Positions 52,336 to 61,300 of a stretch of DNA of 64,000 nucleotides are shown here, in pieces. Where the stretch lies: the NCBI GenBank assembly GCA_964016885.1, contig OZ024750.1:11842001-11906000 (forward strand), written 5' to 3'. The stretch's first letter is position 1, and each line of letters opens with the position of its first letter. The notes below the pieces were generated by a model, which was not told where the DNA came from, made no database searches, and worked only from the letters and a program-made list of their open reading frames with translations. The translations under genes and the position numbers were made by a program. Source of the stretch: Eledone cirrhosa. Lineage: Eukaryota.

Positions 52336-55300
52336 TGTGTGTGTGTGTGTTCATAACACAATAGGTCATACACTAGTATTAGTAATTATAATACCAGCTC
52401 TTGTTTTCATTCATTCTCATATGAAACTATATTTTTATTATTCTAGAGAAAGAAGTTGGTATAATATTTTTATTTTCAATATATATTTTAAATGATTTAG
52501 TTTTACAGACTTGTCAGTAATTCCATGACTTCTTCCACTCTGTAATTTTACCTAGCTCTGATTCGATTAAAAGAATCTGACAAAATGCCTTGTGGTATTC
52601 ATTTTGGCCTTTTGCATTGTGTGTTCAAATTGCTAGAGGGTCAGCTATGCGTTTTATCTTTCCAAGGTGTATAAAATCAAAACTAACCTCCCAATTCGGG
52701 ATATTCAGAAAGATATGGTTTTTAACCTAAATATATTAATTATGAAATAATATTTTGGTTTTTACTGTTATCAGTATAGCTTATTGGTTGAAATTAACAA
52801 GTTTCTAAATAATTATATATCTTATTATATTTGTGACTATAACTGGCAAAGAATAATATTGCTTATGATTAGAAAACTTTCTAAATTTGAAATATTTTCG
52901 GAGTGGTCATTTCTTCTTGTCATCAAAATACTTAAAAGATGTGGTTTTACCTCAGCAACAACACTGGATGTGCCCTTACCATATAGACATGTCCTTACCA
53001 TATAGACATGTCCTTACCATATAGACATGTCCTTACCATATAGACATGTCCTTAACATATAGACATGTCCTTAACATATAGACATGTCCTTAACATATAG
53101 ACATGTCCTTAACATATAGACATGTCCTTAACATATAGACATGTCCTTACCATATAGACATGTCCTTACCATATAGACATGTCCTTACCATATAGACATG
53201 TCCTTACCATATGGATGTGTCCTTACCATATGGATGTGTCCTTACCATATAGACGTGTCCTTACCATATAGACGTGTCCTTACCATATGGATGTGTCCTT
53301 ACCATATGGATGTGTCCTTACCATATAGACGTGTCCTTACCATATAGACGTGTCCTTACCATATAGACGTGTCCTTACCATATAGACGTGTCCTTACCAT
53401 AAGGATGTGTCCTTACCATATAGACGTGTCCTTACCATAAGGATGTGTCCTTACCATATAGACGTGTCCTTACCATATGGATGTGTCCTTACCATATGGA
53501 TGTGTCCTTACCATATGGATGTGTCCTTACCATATGGATGTGTCCTTACCATATGGATGTGTCCTTACCATATAGACGTGTGCTTACCATATGGATGTGT
53601 CCTTACCATATAGACATGTCCTTACCATAAGGATGTGTCCTTACCATAAGGATGTGTCCTTACCATAAGGATGTGTCCTTACCATAAGGATGTGTCCTTA
53701 CCATAAGGATGTGTCCTTACCATAAGGATGTGTCCTTACCATAAGGATGTGTCCTTACCATAAGGATGTGTCCTTACCATATGGATGTGTCCTTACCATA
53801 TGGACGTGTCCTTACCATATAGACGTGTCCTTACCATATAGACGTGTCCTTACCATATAGACGTGTCCTTACCATATAGATGTGTCCTTACCATATAGAT
53901 GTGTCCTTACCATATAGACATGTCCTTACCATATAGACATGTCCTTACCATAAGGATGTGTCCTTACCATAAGGATGTGTCTTTACTCTATATATGTGTT
54001 CTTACTCTATAGATGTGCTCTTACTCTATAGATGTGTCCTTACTCTATAGATGTGTCCTTACTCTATAGATGTGTCCTTACTCTATAGATGTGTCCTTAC
54101 TCTATATATGTGTCCTTACTCTATAGATGTGTCCTTACTCTATAGCTGTGTTCTTACTCTATAGATGTGTCCTTACTCTATAGCTGTGTCCTTACTCTAT
54201 AGATGTGTTCTTACTCTATAGCTGTGTCTTTACTCTATAGCTGTGTCCTTATTCTATAGCTGTGTCCTTACTCTATAGATGTGTCCTTACTCTATAGATG
54301 TGTCCTTACTCTATAGATGTGTCCTTACTCTATAGATGTGTCCTTACTCTATAGCTGTGTCCTTACTCTATAGCTGTGTCCTTACTCTATAGCTGTGTCC
54401 TTACTCTATAGCTGTGTCCTTACTCTATAGCTGTGTCCTTACTCTATAGCTGTGTCCTTACTCTATAGATGTGTCCTTACTCTATAGATGTGTCCTTACT
54501 CTATAGCTGAGTCCTTACTCTATAGCTGAGTCCTTACTCTATAGATGTGTCATTACTCTATAGCTGTGTCCTTACTCTATAGCTGTGTCCTTACTCTATA
54601 GCTGTGTCCTTACTCTATAGCTGTGTCCTTACTCTATAGATGTGTCATTACTCTATAGCTGTGTCCTTACTCTATAGCTGAGTCCTTACTCTATAGCTGA
54701 GTCCTTACTCTATAGCTGTGTCCTTACTCTATAGCTGTGTCCTTACTCTATAGCTGTGTCCTTACCATATGCATTGATGATAGTCGAGAAAGATGAAAAT
54801 AATAATATCCTAATATCTAAAATTAACAATTAAAATATATAGAAGATTAACCCTTTATGCAACTATTTTTTAAACTTATATTTTAGCTAATCTAATTAGG
54901 TTCACAGTAATTTGTCTCTATTTATTAACTCAACTGGACAGTTCTGTGTTGTAGATAATTCTAAACTTACCATTCTTAACTGCATGGAACCACATTAACA
55001 AGACATTCTTGAAAACTACAAAGCTATAATATGACTGCATCATACAAAGAATTAAAATCTTTACTTAATTTAGTTTACTAAAATTTTCACAACTGTCTGT
55101 CCACTAGTAAAGATACTATAACCATTTGAATTAACCAACTGGTTTTTAGATATTTTTTGCTCAATTATTACAGGATGTTAAGAGTTAAGTAACATTTCAT
55201 TGATGCCAGCATGGAGAAGAAGAACAATACTTCATTTTATTTTTTTTTATTTTATCATTTTATTTATTTTTTTTTTATTTGTGTGGAAATTTCAGGTACT

Positions 55301-58300
55301 TTGTGTTTTTATGATATTTAAAAACAAAAATGAATACATTTATCATCAAATCACCAACATTGTCAAAAAGAATGTTGACCATGTTTATATCAAAGAATAA
55401 AGATAGTTGGACCCTTTCCCCTAGAAATATCTACATTACAATACAACAGTTGCATGTGGTGAAGGTACTAATCAGCTTTATTGTTTTGTATTGAGATAAT
55501 TGGACACATAATTGGTAGTGCTTAATATACTAATTGCCTAAATATTAGTAAGCCAGTTTAAACCAGACTAACCAACTAATATTGTCAGAGAAGCAGTTGA
55601 TGCTCTTTTCTTTTATTAATCTATTTTTCTGTTGCTTTTTTGTTCAACAAATTTGAATCTTTTTGTTGTTAAATTAGCTGAAGGTTTTGGGGAAATTGTA
55701 AAACTCTTTGTTGTAAATGTCATTTCTTTTTTAAGGTTTCAAAAAAAGCTTTGTATCATTTCCATTAATCATATGTTGCGGTGCCATTGTTTTCATTACC
55801 ATCACCTACCATTAATATATGATTCCTTTGCCTTCATCATCTTCAACTACATATATAAATGGTGTGTTCATCATCAATTTTATATGCCAGTGACCTGTAA
55901 ATATTTATATCAACCACTTCATCACTTTGTGTGTCTCAGTTTCTCCATCCCCCTCTATTCTCTTTCGTAGATTTTTTTTTCTTTGGAGATTTTATGTAGC
56001 CTGGAATAAACAAAATGCTACAATTCTTTAAAAAAAAACAAAAAAACATGAAAAAAAAAATCTTCATGAAGGTGAAATTTCTCGAAGCTTCTGCCTAAAA
56101 AGAGTTTCTGTATTCAAATTAAGAATGGTAGTAAACGTGAATGAAGTAAAGAATGTAAATGTGTCTTTGATGCTTATTCATAAAAGTACCCTTCTTTCTA
56201 AAGATATCGGGGGTTTCTATTGTTAATGTTAAGTCAATTCAATCAGAGATATTTAAATAATCTATACTGGGTGGTGGGGACTAAAGATAGGTAGTAGCAT
56301 GTCTTCAGTTAATCGAAAATGTTTGAAAAGAAAACAAAATGCTTTGATGGCAGCGACAATGAAGGAACTTTCCTCTATACAAAATCAGCATATATAGTTA
56401 TTATGTTTGGAGTCTAATATTGTATTCCAGGGAGTGTAGTTAATGTGAAGCTCATCTCTTAGATGTGATAAATTCATGAGTAAAAGTCCCTATATACATA
56501 GTAGATACATTATATTTATACATATATATTTATTAAAATAACAGATTAAAGTTTAAGCAAAGAATCACTGCTTTTACCCTTAACAGGATCTTCTGAAACT
56601 ATATATACATTATATATATATACATATATATATATGAAGGTGTATGGCTTAGTGGTTAGAGCATTGGGCTTGCAATCGAAAGGTGAGTTCAATTCTCGGA
56701 CCGGGTGATGTGTTGTTTCCTTGAGCAAGACACTTTATTTCACATTGCTCCAGTTTACTCAGCTGTAGAAATGAGATGATAGAACTGGGGTCCATATCAT
56801 TCCACTACAAAGTGGTCGTGGAGGTGCCACGGTAAAAAAAGCACCCAGCCCACACTGTAAAGTGGACGTGTAGGCGCCACGGAAAAAAAGCACCCAGCAC
56901 TCACTGTAAATGAGGTTGCTGTTAGGAAGGGCATCCAGCTGTAGAAATCGAGCCAGAATCAGTTCCCATATGAGCAAGACAAGGTCACCTGACCTGGCAT
57001 TTCCCACAACAGGACAACCCGTCTAGCGTGGAAGAACGGATGTAAAACAGTGATGATGATATATACATTATATATATATATTTACTATTTTGATAAGGGA
57101 ATGGGTCACATTTAACTACTGTTTTACTGTTTATATTTCACTGTAAGATGTGTGAGATAGAAATTCTTAGATTTGTGGGCGCCATATAGCTGTATAGGTC
57201 ATTTACCCATATATATTAAAGAACATGCCTGCTATTTAACACAAATCTTGATCTGTACTGTAGGTCAGGGGTTCCCTACTTGGGGTAAATCCACCATCAG
57301 GCTGTACATTTACTTGTTCTGGATTTTGAAGATAATTTAACTTAGATCTATCTGTTTATTAAAATATTATTTTTGAATTCTTTCTAGTTTTTGTTCACTT
57401 TTCTACTTCCTAATTACCATGTTGGTGATGTAATAGTCTAATTGTGAGGTGGATAACAACTAATGGTTGTCATTAGGAGTTCAGAAGTCAGGGAAATAAC
57501 ATTGTTTTGTCTTAGTATTGTTATTTGGACCTTAAAATAAGGGTTTCTGATTTAGGCACAAGGCCAACCATTTTGTGAGAGGGGAAAGTCAATTAAATCT
57601 ACTCCAGTGTATTACTGGTACTTCATGTTAGGCAAAGCTAACTTCGGCGAGATTTGAACTCAGAGCATAAAGGGGCGTAACTCTGTACCACAAAGCATGT
57701 TGTTCGATGCTCTATTTGAACTTTAAAATAATAATGTTCAAAATATTATTATTTTAAGGTTCAAATAAATTTGAATTGGTTTGGAGGTGTGTAATGGTAA
57801 ACATCAAAGCTGAAAATACTGAACGAAACAGGGTGGAGAGGAATTTACCTTCAAGAAGTGACAACAGTGTAAATGGGACACAAATATTTGCGAACCCCTG
57901 ATTCTTTGCGGGTGGGGACGGACCACTTGTGATATATCAAACTTTTTTTATTTTTTCAATCATTGAAACAGTTATATTAATTTTTTTTTTAAATTCCAAC
58001 CATCTTACCCTCATACCACCTTTCATGTGAGAACCCCTGAGCCAAGTCTGTGAAGTTATTGTCAAGCACTGCCCATGGTCTTTTTCCTTCTTGAAAATTC
58101 CATGCCAAAAATTTAAATGCTATACTCTCAAAGCTTATTGGATTATATATATATATATATATATATATATCAATAACTCAACTGCAAATATAATTTTTCA
58201 AACTCAGACAAATATCATAGTTTCATAGTTAATTTTAAAAAAGTTAATATGTAGTCATGTTATTATTATTATTACTATTAACAACAACAACAATAATAAT

Positions 58301-61300
58301 AATACAATCTGAACAGAATTAGCAGTCTAAGTTTATAATATAATTCAGAATATAATATAATTTTTTTTTTTTTTTTTTACTTTGGAAATTTTTATTATCT
58401 GAATTATAATAATTTGTATCGCTTTGAAAAAATATCTAACATATTTGTTAACAATTATTTTAGATTATATTAATTTGGTAAGACTATTAATAGAGTGTGA
58501 TCACATGACTAGACTGGTGGGTGAAGTGGTATTAATTGTAATTTTATTAATAGAGAGTGATCACATGACTAGACTGGTGGGTGAAATAGTATTAGTTGTA
58601 GTTTTATTCTAGAATGTTGTTGGGTCTCCATTGTTTCCAATCAGAAGTGCCACAGATATTCAAACAGTAGGACAGCTTACTCGTGAAATGAATGTGTAAG
58701 TGTCTTAGCATTCCACAGATATGTGTACCCTTAATGTAATTCTCAATGAAATTTAACTGGATACAGTGTGGGACATAGGCCGTCCCTTTGAATTACAGAT
58801 ACAACTAACTTTTGCCAGCTGGGTGGACTGAAGCAATGAGAAATAAAGTGTCTTGCTGAAGGATACAGTGTACCACTGAGACTTGAACTCATGACCTTAT
58901 CTTGAGCCAAATGTCTTACCCACTAAGCCACACACTTTCACATTCTGAAATCATGTGTGCAAACATAATCTTATATATGTAAATGTGGTTGATGTTAGGA
59001 AGGGCATCTAGTTGTAAATAAAAACAAAAAAAAACAGCCAAAATACAGTTCTGTTTGAGCAAGGTATGGCACAGCCAACTGGCTAGACTTGTCTCATAGT
59101 GTAGACAACCTGGTTAACCCATGCAAGTATGGGGGGAGGGGGGGGTTAGACATTTAACAGTGATGATGATGATTGTCTCAAGTTAAACATAATCTATTAG
59201 ATTCAGTTAATCTAATGTTGACAGAAATATGACTTGGAATATTAGGGTTAAATTATATATCCATTTATATCACTTAATCATATATCCATTTATATCACTT
59301 AAATATCTTCTTCTTTTGATATACTGCCATGGATGATGGGTGGGGAATATGTGCAAAGAAATCTTTACTTAAATTAAATTAAAAGCCTATCTAGGTTAAA
59401 TAAAAATTACAAGTAAAGACGGGGACATATATTTAGCAGACTGGCAGCACAGACCAAACCCGGATTACACAGATATTGAATTTCTTAGGCTAAAAAAACT
59501 GGCTGACTTTTCAAATAATTATCTGAGGCAATGAGCTAATGGAAGTTACTGTAGATTCTAGGCATGATTCATTAATATCTCTGTTGAATAAAATAATAGA
59601 AAATTGATGATAAAAATATAAAATAAAGCAGACTAAACTTCCTGACATTGATGCTGTCTGTCTCCTTACAGTAATACGACTGTCAATAGTTTAGCAGTTT
59701 AACTGTTTTCATCCCTTTCAACATTATGAAAGGACCATCCAGGGTTGGGTTTTGGTTTTGTTTATCTCTGACTTCACACATCCACTGCTACCCATGTGTT
59801 TGATACATATTTAGTTTTATACTTGCTTATCGTATAAAGATAAGTGATGTATATTTAATATGACACTTGGGAATAAGTCATTGCTTACTGTATTGTTTAT
59901 TGTGGAATGAGGAAATTGAAGAAGCACGTTTCTCTTTTTAGGATAGTGTTGTGATCCTTACAGTTAACAACTGAAAAAAAATAGGAGCTAATGTTTCCCT
60001 GCCTTGAGTCATTGGACTGCTGCCATACTGGGGCACAACTTTCAGTGAGGTTTTTGTCAATCATATCAGCCTTACTTCTTATCTTAGTCTGCTAAGTTAC
60101 ATTTTTAGAAGCTATATCAATTTTACAGAGGCAAACATAAACATGGAAACATTCACACATATCTATGATTATGTGTGTGTATGTATATATATATAAAACT
60201 CATCACTAGAACAGCTGTTAAGACAATCATATATCATCTGCCTGTCACTCACCTTGTGGATTGTCTCTCTGCTGACCCGACCGACCGCTGGTCTCTGTCC
60301 TCTGAGGCATTTTTGTCCATCACTCTCTTTGACAGCATTTGGCTGTTTTAGCGGTGAGTTTTCTAATTTTTCCATGAATTCAAATATACTCTCGCTTCGA
60401 CTCAATCAGAGACAACAATGTTTATTCATATAATATACACATACATGATGTTGAACGGTCTTCTCCAATGTTCACATCTACCAATTTCCACTCATAAATT
60501 ACTAGTCAACCTTAGGTTACAATAGAAATGTCTAAGTGGCACATCAATGGAATTCTTTTTTGGAATCCTGTGGCTAGTAGAAAAGTCTAGAATAAATGGT
60601 TCATTACAATTAACAAGCTCAATATCAACTCTTAACCTGTAGTGATTTAGCAGAAAACATTGTATAATTGGTTTGTTAATACAAATGTTTATAGCATATT
60701 AGGAGACTGATCATAGTGAAAATAAACACTTTAATTCTTAATGTGATGCTCTCGTAGTAATGTTTAGTATTTTTTAAGAATGTCTTACTCTTGTAGTTTC
60801 ATGTGATACAGGACATTAAGAGTTCACAATCACAGTTATTACAGCATCAGTTCTGTAACAATTTAAAAACATATCGTATCTGCAACTTGAAGTTTACTAG
60901 GGAAGTTTTGGTGGAGTAATATAAAACTGTATCTCTGGAAAATGTCTAGAATATGTAAATAACTTTGTTTTGGGTGGAATTCATTGCAAATAACAGTTTA
61001 GGAAATGTAAAATATCTGAAAATTTCTTACAGATTCAGAAATCTTATATTTATTAAATTATAAATATTCTATTTCTTTAATAAAATCAAATATTCTGAAT
61101 ATTTAAATCTAAACTAATATTAAATTCTTTGTTTTAGAAATTAATTTCTTATTATTTGGACCTAGAAATAATATTTACTGTTATTAAGTGTTTGTTTATA
61201 CTCATTTATCTTGCTGCTGTTGTTGTCATCTCATAGTTTTTGAAAGATCTCTATGTAGCTATGGATATTCTCTGTGCATATATAAAATGCAATTGTCTTT

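Noticed and set aside
56636-56710. tRNA gene
   Set aside because: A/B boxes continue into a SINE body and tail and no complete cloverleaf forms; the same applies to the other SINE heads.
57266-57900. hAT-type element with CAGGGGTTC...GAACCCCTG termini
   Set aside because: No matching 8-bp TSD, and a second candidate right end lies at ~58030-58040; boundaries are unsupported.
60345-60360. Plus-strand 2-nt microexon (TTTTAG-CG-GTGAGT)
   Set aside because: It would shift the frame and there is no supporting evidence; likely chance.
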